Origin: a virus
Lineage: Duplodnaviria; Caudoviricetes
Length of the DNA stretch: 64,000 bases
Direction: 5' to 3' (one strand)
Virus record (IMG/VR): IMGVR_UViG_2974767555_000001
Span: 11,688 to 75,687 of that record
Positions 1 to 10,302 of the stretch are shown piece after piece. Position 1 is the first letter of the stretch; every line of letters starts with the position of its first letter. The notes under the pieces are model-generated. The model ran no database searches. It saw nothing but the letters and a program-made list of their open reading frames with translations, and was not told the DNA's origin. The position numbers were made by a program, and so were the translations under genes.

Positions 1-2
1 CG

Positions 3-62
3 CCGTGGCCCAACGTGACCAAGGCATTCGGCGGTCAGGTACTGATCAGGAGGGTCGGCTGA
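3..62 (+). CDS. 3' end of a head-tail connector gene (partial)
   Basis: Open frame PWPNVTKAFGGQVLIRRVG* ends in TGA 60-62, overlapping the next ATG (TGATG). Position upstream of the neck and terminator genes. Confidence 0.45.
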   Translation, partial: PWPNVTKAFGGQVLIRRVG

Positions 63-310
63 TGGCTGTCCGTATCAAGTGGAACCGCAGGGGGTTCCGG
101 CAGGTGCGTCATGCGTTCGGTGGGTATGTCCAGCAGCGCGCGGAGTCGGCGCTGTCGGGCCTGCCCGAGGGGTACAAGGTGGTCACCCAGCGTGACCCCT
201 CGACCCAGCGCCCGCGCGCGTACCTGGTGGCCGACAGCTACGAGGCGCGCAAGGACGAGGCCGAGAACAGCACGCTGTTGAAGAAGATCAGCAGTATGCG
301 GGGCACGTGA
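62..310 (+). CDS. Neck / tail completion protein
   Basis: MAVRIKWNRRGFRQVR... ~82 aa, coupled start, syntenic just before the tail terminator. Confidence 0.6.
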   Translation: MAVRIKWNRRGFRQVRHAFGGYVQQRAESALSGLPEGYKVVTQRDPSTQRPRAYLVADSYEARKDEAENSTLLKKISSMRGT

Positions 311-747
311 TGGTTGACGTTGCTGGCGAGTCGATTTACCCCCCGATCCTTCCTCCCGACCTGGAGGAGCTGTCGGTCAATTACCTGATGCTCAAGATGG
401 CGGTGGCGATGGGTACCCGGCTGCCGAAAACCCCGGCAGGGCAGTCGCTGCCCGATCCGTTCGTCCGGGTCCAGTTCGGTGGTGGTGTGCAGGTCAACCC
501 CATCGAGTTCGACATCGACACGATCATCCACAGCTATCACGCCGATGAGACGTTGGCATCGCTGAACTGCCGCACTGCCTTTGCTCACATGGTCGCGGCC
601 CGGGGGCTGACCGTCGATGGCTGGTTCATCAGCGGCACCCGCGGAACGTCGCTGCCGCACCGCATGTCGGACCCCCAGGTCCCACTTCCCCGGTACCGGG
701 CGATGGTCTGCTGGCGCGTTCAGGGCCAGCTGATCACCCCCCAGTAG
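307..747 (+). CDS. Tail terminator protein
   Basis: 146 aa with PDPFVRVQFGGG and LPRYRAMV motifs; immediately upstream of the major tail gene. Confidence 0.7.
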   Translation: MMVDVAGESIYPPILPPDLEELSVNYLMLKMAVAMGTRLPKTPAGQSLPDPFVRVQFGGGVQVNPIEFDIDTIIHSYHADETLASLNCRTAFAHMVAARGLTVDGWFISGTRGTSLPHRMSDPQVPLPRYRAMVCWRVQGQLITPQ

Positions 748-859
748 ACCTCACGCCCCCCGTGGGGCAGATGAGAACCACAGCCACACCAATCCCGGTG
801 TGGCTGTTCGCGTTTCACGCCCTACCTGGGTGTGGATCACCACCAGAAAGGACAGCCCA

Positions 860-1441
860 ATGGCTGAAAACAACGTCCTGGAGCTGGCGGCCCCGTCCCC
901 ACGGGTGACCGGTGGCGTCCTGCGTGCCCCCATCGGCAGCGAGCTGCCGACCAGCGCGGTCGGTGCCCCCGACTCCGCGTTCGTCAACCTGGGCCACGTC
1001 TCCGACGACGGCCTGGAGCGCACCGAGAACCGCAACAACACCGACACCTTCAACTGGGGTGGCGACCTGGTTGCGGTGCTGCAGCAGGAGTTCGGCCTGG
1101 AGCTGAAGTTCAAGCTGCTCCAGACCATGAACGCCGACGTGCAGAAGGCCGTTCACGGTGACAGCAACGTGACCGTCACCCCGGGCGACGCGACCCACGG
1201 CGCGCAGATCACCGCCAAGCTGAACGCCAAGCTGCTCGACACGGGCTGCTGGGTGTTCGACGGGTTCTACAACCTGATCTCGATGCGACTGGTCATCCCC
1301 ATCGGTCGTATCACCCAGGTCGGCCCGGTCAAGTGGGTGCACAAGGAACTGGCCGCGTACGAGTGCACGCTCAAGCCGTTCCCCGACGACGAGGGCAACC
1401 ACGGTTACCAGTATTACGACGACGGCATCGTGGTCCTGTAA
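860..1441 (+). CDS. Major tail (tube) protein
   Basis: RBS GAAAGGA then ATG 860; 193 aa with LGHVSDDGLER and FNWGGDLV motifs typical of actinophage tail tube proteins. Confidence 0.9.
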   Translation: MAENNVLELAAPSPRVTGGVLRAPIGSELPTSAVGAPDSAFVNLGHVSDDGLERTENRNNTDTFNWGGDLVAVLQQEFGLELKFKLLQTMNADVQKAVHGDSNVTVTPGDATHGAQITAKLNAKLLDTGCWVFDGFYNLISMRLVIPIGRITQVGPVKWVHKELAAYECTLKPFPDDEGNHGYQYYDDGIVVL

Positions 1442-1457
1442 GGGGAGTGACTGACCA

Positions 1458-1910
1458 ATGACCACACCGGCCAAGAAGACGACGGCGCGAAAGGCCGCGC
1501 CGCGCAAGCAGTCACCGAAGAAGAAGGCCGCTTCCACCAACCCCGAGGTGGAGGCCGATCAGACCGAGGCCGCAGCGGTTGACACCTCCAAGGACGCCGA
1601 GACCAAGGCGCACCTGGAGGTGCTCAACGCGCTGAAGAAGCTGTACCCCAAGGGAACCGAGTTCTTCGTGTTCACCGCCGAGGACGGCACGATGATCCCG
1701 CTCCCACGGTTCACGCAGGTGCCGCAACCGGATCGGGCGTTCTTCTGGCGTATCTACCAGATGGACGCCATGTTCCAGGGGTTTGAGTGGATGCGGCACG
1801 CCAAGGTGCCGACCGAAATTCAGGCCATCATCGTGGAGCTGGGGGCCAAGGACTATGACCAGATGTTCGATGACTGGTTCGCCGACGCCCAACTGACAGC
1901 GGGGGAATAG
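1458..1910 (+). CDS. Tail assembly chaperone (short form)
   Basis: Between major tail and tape measure genes; ends ...ACA GCG GGG GAA TAG. Confidence 0.85.
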   Translation: MTTPAKKTTARKAAPRKQSPKKKAASTNPEVEADQTEAAAVDTSKDAETKAHLEVLNALKKLYPKGTEFFVFTAEDGTMIPLPRFTQVPQPDRAFFWRIYQMDAMFQGFEWMRHAKVPTEIQAIIVELGAKDYDQMFDDWFADAQLTAGE

Positions 1911-2338
1911 GAGCGCTCACCCGTGCCATCGGCGCACATTGGCACGCGGTAGAGCGCGATCTGATCGCGCTGGGCAAGGACGAGGAATTCGACAACGGCA
2001 CACTGGGTTTGGCCAAGTTGGGTTCCATCGTCCTTGCCGCGCAACCCGGTACAGCCGTACATCACGCCGTCAACGAGGGGTGGACCCCGGAGGCCCACCT
2101 GTTGGCAAATCAGTTGGAGCAGCGCGCCGGTCTGCTCAACATGGCGCGCCGTATGCCCCGCGCGGGTGTACCGGAGGAGACGCCGACACCGCCCCAGCCG
2201 GTCAACGACAAGCGCGTTGATAGCTGGGATTCCTTGCCGCTCGACCAATTCGAGCGGCTTCGTGCTGAGAACTACGCCAAGGGCAAGGCCAAGGGGCGCA
2301 AGCCCAAGGGTCGTGTGTCCCGAGTAAAGAGGAGGTGA
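1458..2338 (+). CDS. Tail assembly chaperone, -1 frameshifted long form
   Basis: The -1 frame is open from GGGGGAA (1901-1907) to TGA 2338: ...IGALTRAIGAHWHAVERDLIALG... Confidence 0.85.
1901..1907 (+). other. Programmed -1 frameshift slippery site GGGGGAA
   Basis: Canonical mycobacteriophage slippery heptamer directly before the short-form stop. Confidence 0.85.
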
Positions 2339-2342
2339 GCCT

Positions 2343-5300
2343 GTGACCACACCCGGTGGCGGCATCGAGTTGGCCCAGATTTGGGTCCCGCTGATGCCTG
2401 AAGCGTCGAAACTCGCTGCGGGCGTCGAGAAGATCGGGCGTGATGCCGAACGCCGGTTTGGTCAGGCCACCAAGACGATGGGCGCGTCGATGGCGCGCAA
2501 CGTCGAGACCAACGCCGGTCGGCTGCGGTCGGTGCTCGCTGACGTAGAGAAGCGCACCCAGGCCGTCGAGAGGGCCAAGCGGAAGGAAGCCGACGCCCAG
2601 GGGCGGGTCAACGTCGCCGAGCAGCGCTACCACGAGCTGCGGAATAGCAGCAAGGCCAAGGAATCCCAGCGGGTCCAAGCGTATGAGCGGATGACTGCCG
2701 CCCAGCGCGCGCATGAGGCGTCCACCAAGGCGCTGACCCGCGAGACCCGGATGTTGGAGGAAGCACAGCGCCGCCAGCAGGCCGTGCAGAACGGCAACGC
2801 CACCCGGATGCCGCTGGGCGCGAACATGCTCAACCAGGGCGAGAACGCGGGACAGTCTTGGACGCAAGGGTTTGGCCGCGCGCTGCGTACCGGTGCCGCG
2901 CTGGCCGGGTTCGGCGGGTTCGCCATGACCTTGAAGAAGGTTGTGACCGCTGGCGTCGAGATGGAGTCCAACCTCAACCGGTTGCAGGGCGTGACCAGTG
3001 CCAGCGCTGACGAGATGGCAAGGGCGAGCAAGCTGGCCCAGCAACTGGGCGCGGACACCTCGATTGTCGGTGCTACGTCAGCGTCTGCCGCTGCGGGCAT
3101 GTTGGAACTGGCCAAGGGTGGTCTGACGCTGGAGCAGTCGATGGCTGCCGCGCGTGGCACCTTGGAACTGGCCGCTGCCGCCGACATCGACGCCGCGAAA
3201 GCTGCCGAGTCGCAGGCCGCGATCCTCAACTCCTTCCAGTTGATGCCCGAGCAGGCCGGTCACGTCGCTGACGTGCTGGCCAACGTCGCCAACGCTGCCG
3301 CTGGTGAGGTCCCCGACTTCATGTCGGCGCTCCAGCAGGCCGCGACGGTGGCCCACGGGTTCGGGATCAGCATGGAAGACACCGTGGCCGTGATGGGCCT
3401 GTTCGCCAAGGCGGGCATTCTGGGGTCTGACGCCGGTACGTCGCTCAAGACGATGCTGACCCACCTGGCCAATCCGAGCAACGCTGCCGCGCAAGCGATG
3501 GAGCGCCTGGGGGTCGTCTCTCACGACGTGGTGACCGGTGAGTTCGTCGGTGTCCACGAGCTGTTCCGGCAGATCGGTGAGGCCGGAAAGTCGATGCGGC
3601 CTGACGACTTCCAGCGTGACGTGGCCAAGTTGTTTGGCACCGACGCGATTCGCGGCGCGATGATCGCCGGGAACCAGGGTGTCGAGACGCTGAACCAGAT
3701 GTCGGAGGCCGTCACCGAGGTCGGTGGTGCCTCCAAGATGGCATCGGCCAACATGCAAGGCGTCCCAGGCGCTTTGGAGTCGGTCAGCAACGCGGCAGCC
3801 GGTGTCAGCGGGTCGCTGTACGACATGATGAAGCCCCTGCTGATCAGCGGTGCCGAGAGTGCCCTGGGTCTGTTGGAACGCGCGCAGGAGAGCCTGGACA
3901 AGCTCAAGTCCGGTGGTGGTGGCCCTGGTCTGCAGATGATCGCCGATGGCTGGAAGAACATCATGGGCGCGGTCAAGGACATCGGGCCTGAGCTGGTCGA
4001 GGCGGTCGGGTCCCTGCTCAAGGGCGCGGCGGGCACGGTTGTAGCCGGTTGGAGCGCACTGGGATTGGCGTTCAAGGTGATCGAGCCGCCAGCCAAGGCT
4101 CTGCTGTCGGTGCTCAACGCGATCCCGGGCGGGCTGACCACTGCCGCCGCGATCATGACTGCGCTGTACGCCAAGTCCAAGCTGACCGGCCCGGTGATGT
4201 CGCTGGCTGCCAAGGCAACGGGCCAGTGGGCCAAGGCCTTCAGCGGGTGGACGATGGAAGCCGACGCCGCCGACCGGACCATGACCCGGATCGTCAACAG
4301 CCAGGGCGAGACCGTGCTGATGCAGCGCGGCTACATGACCCAGGTCAGGGACGCCTACCGGACGGGTGCCGAAGGCGCGTCCCGGTTTAGCCGATCTGTC
4401 GGCGTCGCAAAGGGTGCCATGGCCGGTCTGAAGATCGCCGGTGGCGGGGTCATGTCGATGCTGGGTGGCCCGTGGGGGATTGCCGCGCTGGGCCTGACCG
4501 GGGCAATGGCACTGATCACCAGCGCCCACCAGAAGGCTGCCGAAGCTGCCGAGAAGCAGCGCCGCGAGGAGGAAGCGCTACAGAACACCCTGGACAAGAG
4601 CACGGGCGCGATCACCGAGGAGACCCGGGAGGAGATCGCGCGCCGGTTCACCGACGAGGGAACCTCCGACCGCGCGGTCAGCTACGGGATCGACCCGAAC
4701 AAGCTGGTGCAAGCGGCGACTGGTGACGGTCAGGCCTACGCCGACATCATGAATCAGGCCATCGAGCGCGGTATCCAGCCCGGTCTGGAGCAGATCAACT
4801 ACGTGGGCGCTGGTGGGGTGCAGGTCAATTGGGATGTCATCAAGAAGCAGATCGGCGACGCCGGGGTCACGACCGACGAGCTGACCGCCGCGCTGCTGCG
4901 TCAGGGTGACGCCTGGGATCAGGTGCAGCAAAAGCTCAACGACGCTGCCGGTGACCCGTCCCAAGCGCTGAGCCTGCAAAAGCTGATCGACCAGATGCCC
5001 GACGCGAATGAGTCGATCATCACGATGGCCCAGAACCTGAACGAGGTACAGGACCAGCTGGGTACGACCAGCGAGAAGCAGCGGCTGTTCAACGAAACCC
5101 TCAACGGCTCTTGGGAAGTCACCCAGCGCGGCATCGAGGCGTTCGGGGCGATGGGCGCGGCGGTCAAGGCGGTCCCGTCTGACAAGCAGGTCGTGGTCGA
5201 GGTACCGGAGGACAAGCGCGTCGAGTTCCTCAACAAGATGCAGGAGTTCGGCAACACGGTCGAGCAGCTGCCTGACGGAACCATCGTGGTGACGGCCAAT

Positions 5301-6926
5301 ACCGCTGAGGCAGAACGTCGATTCCAGGACTACACACGCCAGATCGAGCGCACCAAGGTGGACGTGCACCTCAACCCCGTGTGGGGTGACCTGGGGTCGG
5401 GCCACGCCGCGGCTGCCGCGCGTCAGCGCCTGGGCGAGGTCGTCGGCCACGGTGGTCGCGCCAGCGGCGGCATGGTTGACAGCAACGGGATGATCAGCGG
5501 CCCGGGTAGCGGCACCAGCGATTCGATCCTGGCCCAGGTGCTCGGTGGCCGGGGCGGGTTCGTGCGGGTGTCGAACCGGGAGTCGATCAACACCGAGCGA
5601 TCCACGCGGGCCAACTGGCCGGTCATCGACGCGATGAACAAGGGCGCGAACCTGACCCAGTGGTTCCGTCAGCTCCCCGCGTTCGCGGGTGGCGGTGCGT
5701 TCGACCTCGAGGACGCCGTGTCGGAAATGTCTGGGGCACCGTACGTGCGGGGTGGGGCCGGTCCCAGCGGGGCTGACTGCTCCGGTGCGATGAGCTACCT
5801 GGTCAACCGTGCTCTGGGTCTGCCGACCGATTCCCGCATGGCCACCGGCAACGCTGGGGAGTGGTTGGCCGAGCGTGGGTTTGTCGAGGGTAGCGGCGGG
5901 CCTGGCACGTTCCGCATCGGTTGGTACAACGGGGGTCCCGGTGGTGGCCACATGGCCGGGACGCTGCCCGATGGGACCAACGTGGAGTCGGGCGGGTCGG
6001 TCGGCAACTTCACCGCTGGCGGGTCGGTCGGTGCCGATGATCCCAAGTTCACCAACCAGATGTACCTGCCGGTCGATGCGCTGTACCCGGACGGGGACCC
6101 GTATGGATCAGGTGGGGGCTACGGGGGTTCGTTCGGCAGCGGGGGCGGCAGCGGTGGTGCCGGGGGTTCTGGTCCCACGGGTGCTGAGCGGCGCGCGCTG
6201 CGGAACGCGGCCCAGAAGATCGAGGACACCGCCAAGTCGGTCGAGTCGGCCCAGAAAGCGTTGGAGGAGCTGTCGCCCAACGCCAAGGAATCGACCCGGA
6301 TGAACGCACAGAAGCGGCTGGACAAGGCGATTCGTGAACACGAGGACGCCATCAACGACGAGGCCGAGCTACGCGAGGAGACGGCCCAGAAGGTCCGTGA
6401 CCGGGCCAGCAAGGGCGGCAAGGGGTCCGGTGGTTCGGGCAACTTTGGTCAGGACCTGTTTAACGGGATGTTGGAGGCCATCGGTCTGGACGGGTCGGTG
6501 TTCGGCAACCCGTTTGAGTGGGGTATCTGGAAGCTGTTCACGGGTGGTGCCAACTGGCTTGGCGGCATCCTCCAAAAGAACGACTTCTCCAAGCCGCGAC
6601 TGAACCCGTACGCGGGTGACCCTGCCAGTAGCGAGCACGGGCGCGGGTTCGGGTCACCTGGCCCGGGTAACGCTGGCGACGGCGGCATGGGTCAGTTCCA
6701 GCTTGGCGACGGCGGCGGTATGTCGAGTTTGGGCGACACCCTGCTGGGTGCGATCCCGGGGGTGGGTGACTTCCTCCCAAGTCCCGCAACGCAAGCCGCG
6801 CCAATTGACGCCTCGATCAACATTCACGGCAACGTTGACCGAGGCACGTTCAACGACATGAAGTCGGCCAACCTCAGCCGGGTGCGTTCTGCCGGTTCAG
6901 GTTTGAAGGGAATGGGCGGGTTCTGA
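2343..6926 (+). CDS. Tape measure protein with C-terminal NlpC/P60-like segment
   Basis: 1527 aa, Ala-rich helical TP901-type core; follows the frameshifted chaperone; YVRGG...DCSG...GHMA motif near the C-terminus. Confidence 0.97.
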   Translation: MTTPGGGIELAQIWVPLMPEASKLAAGVEKIGRDAERRFGQATKTMGASMARNVETNAGRLRSVLADVEKRTQAVERAKRKEADAQGRVNVAEQRYHELRNSSKAKESQRVQAYERMTAAQRAHEASTKALTRETRMLEEAQRRQQAVQNGNATRMPLGANMLNQGENAGQSWTQGFGRALRTGAALAGFGGFAMTLKKVVTAGVEMESNLNRLQGVTSASADEMARASKLAQQLGADTSIVGATSASAAAGMLELAKGGLTLEQSMAAARGTLELAAAADIDAAKAAESQAAILNSFQLMPEQAGHVADVLANVANAAAGEVPDFMSALQQAATVAHGFGISMEDTVAVMGLFAKAGILGSDAGTSLKTMLTHLANPSNAAAQAMERLGVVSHDVVTGEFVGVHELFRQIGEAGKSMRPDDFQRDVAKLFGTDAIRGAMIAGNQGVETLNQMSEAVTEVGGASKMASANMQGVPGALESVSNAAAGVSGSLYDMMKPLLISGAESALGLLERAQESLDKLKSGGGGPGLQMIADGWKNIMGAVKDIGPELVEAVGSLLKGAAGTVVAGWSALGLAFKVIEPPAKALLSVLNAIPGGLTTAAAIMTALYAKSKLTGPVMSLAAKATGQWAKAFSGWTMEADAADRTMTRIVNSQGETVLMQRGYMTQVRDAYRTGAEGASRFSRSVGVAKGAMAGLKIAGGGVMSMLGGPWGIAALGLTGAMALITSAHQKAAEAAEKQRREEEALQNTLDKSTGAITEETREEIARRFTDEGTSDRAVSYGIDPNKLVQAATGDGQAYADIMNQAIERGIQPGLEQINYVGAGGVQVNWDVIKKQIGDAGVTTDELTAALLRQGDAWDQVQQKLNDAAGDPSQALSLQKLIDQMPDANESIITMAQNLNEVQDQLGTTSEKQRLFNETLNGSWEVTQRGIEAFGAMGAAVKAVPSDKQVVVEVPEDKRVEFLNKMQEFGNTVEQLPDGTIVVTANTAEAERRFQDYTRQIERTKVDVHLNPVWGDLGSGHAAAAARQRLGEVVGHGGRASGGMVDSNGMISGPGSGTSDSILAQVLGGRGGFVRVSNRESINTERSTRANWPVIDAMNKGANLTQWFRQLPAFAGGGAFDLEDAVSEMSGAPYVRGGAGPSGADCSGAMSYLVNRALGLPTDSRMATGNAGEWLAERGFVEGSGGPGTFRIGWYNGGPGGGHMAGTLPDGTNVESGGSVGNFTAGGSVGADDPKFTNQMYLPVDALYPDGDPYGSGGGYGGSFGSGGGSGGAGGSGPTGAERRALRNAAQKIEDTAKSVESAQKALEELSPNAKESTRMNAQKRLDKAIREHEDAINDEAELREETAQKVRDRASKGGKGSGGSGNFGQDLFNGMLEAIGLDGSVFGNPFEWGIWKLFTGGANWLGGILQKNDFSKPRLNPYAGDPASSEHGRGFGSPGPGNAGDGGMGQFQLGDGGGMSSLGDTLLGAIPGVGDFLPSPATQAAPIDASINIHGNVDRGTFNDMKSANLSRVRSAGSGLKGMGGF

Positions 6927-7924
6927 TGTCGAGGTTTATCCGTGAGGCCGAGCTTGCCGCCTACGACGACTGGGACAAGCTGCCGAATTCGTTGCAGGGC
7001 CTGGACACTCGGGTCATCTACATCAGCCCCGATGGGGACCGGTGGGACCTGATCGGCGGGCCGCTGGCCGGCATCCAGGGCGTGTGGTTGGCCGAGGAGT
7101 TTGCGGGCGAGCACCATTGGCCGTTTGAGCTGCTGTTGACCGAGGGCGCATATGAACTCGGCGCGACCATCGAACGGGTCAACGTGCTCAAGCGCGAGAT
7201 CGACCTGGGTGTGCTGATCGGTGGGCACAAGCGCGGGGTGATGACCAACTACCAGTACCGGATGGCTGAGTCCCGTTGGTGGGCCGGTCAGGACGAGAAC
7301 CGGGACGGGTGGTTGGGCATCTATACCCGGTACTCCGGGTGGCGCTGGCTGCGGGTCCGACCGATGCAGACGGTGGAGGGGTCACTGAAGCGTGACCCGG
7401 TGTACGCCGGGAACAACACGGCGACGTACAGCCTGAAGTGGATCGCCCAAAAGCCGTACTACTCCAAGCCGTCCGTGTGGGGCACCTACCAGACCACGGT
7501 GTCGAACAAGGAGGGGGTCATCACCCTGGCCAACCGGGGTGACCTGGAGGCCCATCCCCAGTTCCTGGTCCCACCGGGTAAGGCGTGGGTGGAGGACGGG
7601 ATCAGTGGCCGCATGGTGGAGCTGCCGCTGACCACCCAGAACGACGGCTACGTGCTGGTCGATACCGACCCGACGCAGCGCACCCTGACGGCATCGGGCG
7701 ACCCGGTGGACAACGTGTTCTACAAGATCGCACGGCAGTCAAGGATTCTCGACTTCTTGTTGGGCGAGCTGGATGAGACCGGCGAGCCGGTCTGGAAGCG
7801 GTTCGACAAGACGTTCACCCAGTCGGTTCCGGCAAAGACAGTGGCGCAGTTGCGTATTCGGCATGAGACGCCCGGTGCGACGGTCACCGCGATCATGCCC
7901 CAACGGTTTAAGAGGAGCCGATGA
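6926..7924 (+). CDS. Minor tail protein (distal tail-like)
   Basis: First gene after the tape measure; 332 aa; coupled start; PDGDRWDL and LANRGDLEAHP motifs. Confidence 0.85.
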   Translation: MSRFIREAELAAYDDWDKLPNSLQGLDTRVIYISPDGDRWDLIGGPLAGIQGVWLAEEFAGEHHWPFELLLTEGAYELGATIERVNVLKREIDLGVLIGGHKRGVMTNYQYRMAESRWWAGQDENRDGWLGIYTRYSGWRWLRVRPMQTVEGSLKRDPVYAGNNTATYSLKWIAQKPYYSKPSVWGTYQTTVSNKEGVITLANRGDLEAHPQFLVPPGKAWVEDGISGRMVELPLTTQNDGYVLVDTDPTQRTLTASGDPVDNVFYKIARQSRILDFLLGELDETGEPVWKRFDKTFTQSVPAKTVAQLRIRHETPGATVTAIMPQRFKRSR

Positions 7925-9756
7925 GCCTGCTTCAGAGCGCGATTGCCGACGACGGCCAGACGATCACTGTGCCGTCGTTGCACTTCACCAAGTGGCTGGA
8001 TGAGACGCGCAGCAAGGTGATTGGGGCCAACGGTGCCCCTGACCCGGTGACCGACCCGATGTCGGCCTACCGGTACCTGAAGGGTCGCCGGTCGGTGATC
8101 GAGGGCGCGGCCCGTCAGCGCCCGATGCTGCGGTTGTTTGACAAGAACATGGACCCCATCGCCCAGATCGCCGGGGAACGGCTGGCGTCGGTCGAGGAAA
8201 TGATGAGCGACAGCGGGCAGGCCAATGTCGTTCTGCGGTACGACAACTGGCTGACCGACTGGATTCTGCACCAGACGAAGATCCACGAAGACCTGCACCT
8301 GGTGGTCGATCCGAACCCGACGCAACGGACTTGGCGTACCCGGTGGGGCGGCAAGATCACCGGTATCAACGCCAAGCGTGACGCCAGTGGCATCCACACG
8401 CTGGAGCTGGAGGCAATCAGCAACCGGCAGCACGCCAAGCACATGCTGTTCGCCAGTAACCCGATCTTCCCGCCAGAGATTCAGCTCCCCAAAATGTGGG
8501 TGCTGCCAGGCAATACGCGGACCATCCTGTCCATCTCCATGTTCATCAACCTTGCGCGGCGGTTCTTTCCGGCGCTGTCGATCCCGACCAACGTGTTCAA
8601 CCCGTTCGCGTGGGTCAACAACGGGTTCGCTGGGCTGGACCCGCTGTCGTGGCCGCTGCAGGTGGCGTTCGTCAACGCGCTGCTGGACCAGTCGCGCACC
8701 TCGGTGCTGGGGTCGTCGTGGACCGACTGGCACACGGCGATGGGCGACATGCTCAAGGACGCCGGGTGCATCTTCCGGGCCTACACCTACCTGACCGAGG
8801 ACGAGGAGACCCCGCACACCGAGCTGGTGGACGCTGTGCGCGGTCTGGGTCAACTGCCCGACACGGTGGACAAACTGTCACGCCCGCACCGCAATTGCGT
8901 GGTGTTCGCCATCGAGGACAAGTCGGGTGTCGAGGGTCCCACGGGTACCGCTGCTGACGGCGTGGTCAACCTGATCGGGGCCACGTTGGACGACATGATC
9001 ACCGAAACACTGTTCAACCTCGACCGCGACGGTGACGGGGAGACCGATCCGATCTTCCGCAAATTGCTTGGCGTCGCACCGCAAAAGCCCAAGACGATCT
9101 GGTACGACGGCCAGTACAGCGGGATCATCGAATCCGAAATCCGAAGGCACAAGGGGCCTGTCAAGAAGGTGATGACCGGTGGTCGGTCGCCGACCATTGT
9201 GAACCAGGCCCAGACATTCGCTATCCGCTATGCGCTCTCCCAGCTGGCCCAGACGATTGCCCTGTACGGGCAAATCGAAGGGACTGAGGGCCTTGACAAT
9301 CTGTACCAGGGTCAGCTCGACAACACGCTGTTCGCCTGGCAGGGATTTGACGATCCGATCCGTGCGCTCCAGACAGGCGACATGGCGTGGCAGGAACACT
9401 TTGAGCGCGGCAGCGGCACCGCCTACACCCTGTCGGGGATCGTCACGCTGCGGATCGGCCACTACAAAACCCGTGCCTGGCAAGGCTTTACGGTCAAGGT
9501 AGTCAACGGGCGACCCCACGCCATCGACATCGACGTCACCCTTGGCGACCGGGCGGGATTCGAGCAGGGCGGGATCATCTTCGTTGATCAGATCAGCGCC
9601 ATTCGGCGTAGCTGGTCGCGGGAGCAGCCCGTCACGGTGGAGCTGTCCATCGGTGATGACCAAGACAAGGAAGACCCAGCAGCGCGCGGACTGCGTGCGC
9701 TGCAAGCGGTTTGGACAACGCTGGGGATGTTGTTGGGTGAAGGGACGATCTTCTGA
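7921..9756 (+). CDS. Minor tail protein (baseplate hub-like, L5 gp28-type)
   Basis: 611 aa, LRLFDKNM and WRTRWGGKIT motifs, ATGA overlap. Confidence 0.85.
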   Translation: MSLLQSAIADDGQTITVPSLHFTKWLDETRSKVIGANGAPDPVTDPMSAYRYLKGRRSVIEGAARQRPMLRLFDKNMDPIAQIAGERLASVEEMMSDSGQANVVLRYDNWLTDWILHQTKIHEDLHLVVDPNPTQRTWRTRWGGKITGINAKRDASGIHTLELEAISNRQHAKHMLFASNPIFPPEIQLPKMWVLPGNTRTILSISMFINLARRFFPALSIPTNVFNPFAWVNNGFAGLDPLSWPLQVAFVNALLDQSRTSVLGSSWTDWHTAMGDMLKDAGCIFRAYTYLTEDEETPHTELVDAVRGLGQLPDTVDKLSRPHRNCVVFAIEDKSGVEGPTGTAADGVVNLIGATLDDMITETLFNLDRDGDGETDPIFRKLLGVAPQKPKTIWYDGQYSGIIESEIRRHKGPVKKVMTGGRSPTIVNQAQTFAIRYALSQLAQTIALYGQIEGTEGLDNLYQGQLDNTLFAWQGFDDPIRALQTGDMAWQEHFERGSGTAYTLSGIVTLRIGHYKTRAWQGFTVKVVNGRPHAIDIDVTLGDRAGFEQGGIIFVDQISAIRRSWSREQPVTVELSIGDDQDKEDPAARGLRALQAVWTTLGMLLGEGTIF

Positions 9757-10298
9757 TGGCAGCCACGGAGATGACCGAGCGGGACCGTGCGGTCTGTGAC
9801 GAAGCCGAGGAGTGCGACGACTGGGACGACCCGGAGTTGGCGGTCGGTCTCAACGCTGGGCTTGATCGTGAGAAGGCACGCAAAGTCGCTGACATGCGCG
9901 ACATTCAGCGTGCGTACATGGAGCTGATGGAGGTGATGGAGTTCCCCGTCGATCAGCGCGGGGTGCCCCATGACCTGACGGCGATGTCGGCGTCCGCGCT
10001 GGCCATCGCTTGGACCGCAGTGCTTTACGGGTTCCGGCGTACCGGTCCCGCATTGATCAAGAAGCGCAAGATGTTCGGCCCGGGTATCTATGAGAACGCC
10101 TGCACCTGGGTCGATGTCAACGCGCCCGACGACGCCGAGCGCGATCTGCAACCCGGCGACTTTTCCGATGACCGGCTACGCCCGCCTGATGTGCGCGGGC
10201 TGGCTGCCCGCCGCGATGGCGAAGGGCCGCAAGTGATCGCCGAATGGCACACCAAGGCCGAAGTCCGCTACACCGACGAACCACGACCGAAGGGCTGA
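9756..10298 (+). CDS. Minor tail protein (DUF2744-like)
   Basis: 180 aa, conserved position after the hub gene; GFRRTGPALIKKR motif. Confidence 0.65.
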   Translation: MAATEMTERDRAVCDEAEECDDWDDPELAVGLNAGLDREKARKVADMRDIQRAYMELMEVMEFPVDQRGVPHDLTAMSASALAIAWTAVLYGFRRTGPALIKKRKMFGPGIYENACTWVDVNAPDDAERDLQPGDFSDDRLRPPDVRGLAARRDGEGPQVIAEWHTKAEVRYTDEPRPKG

Positions 10299-10302
10299 CC
10301 CG

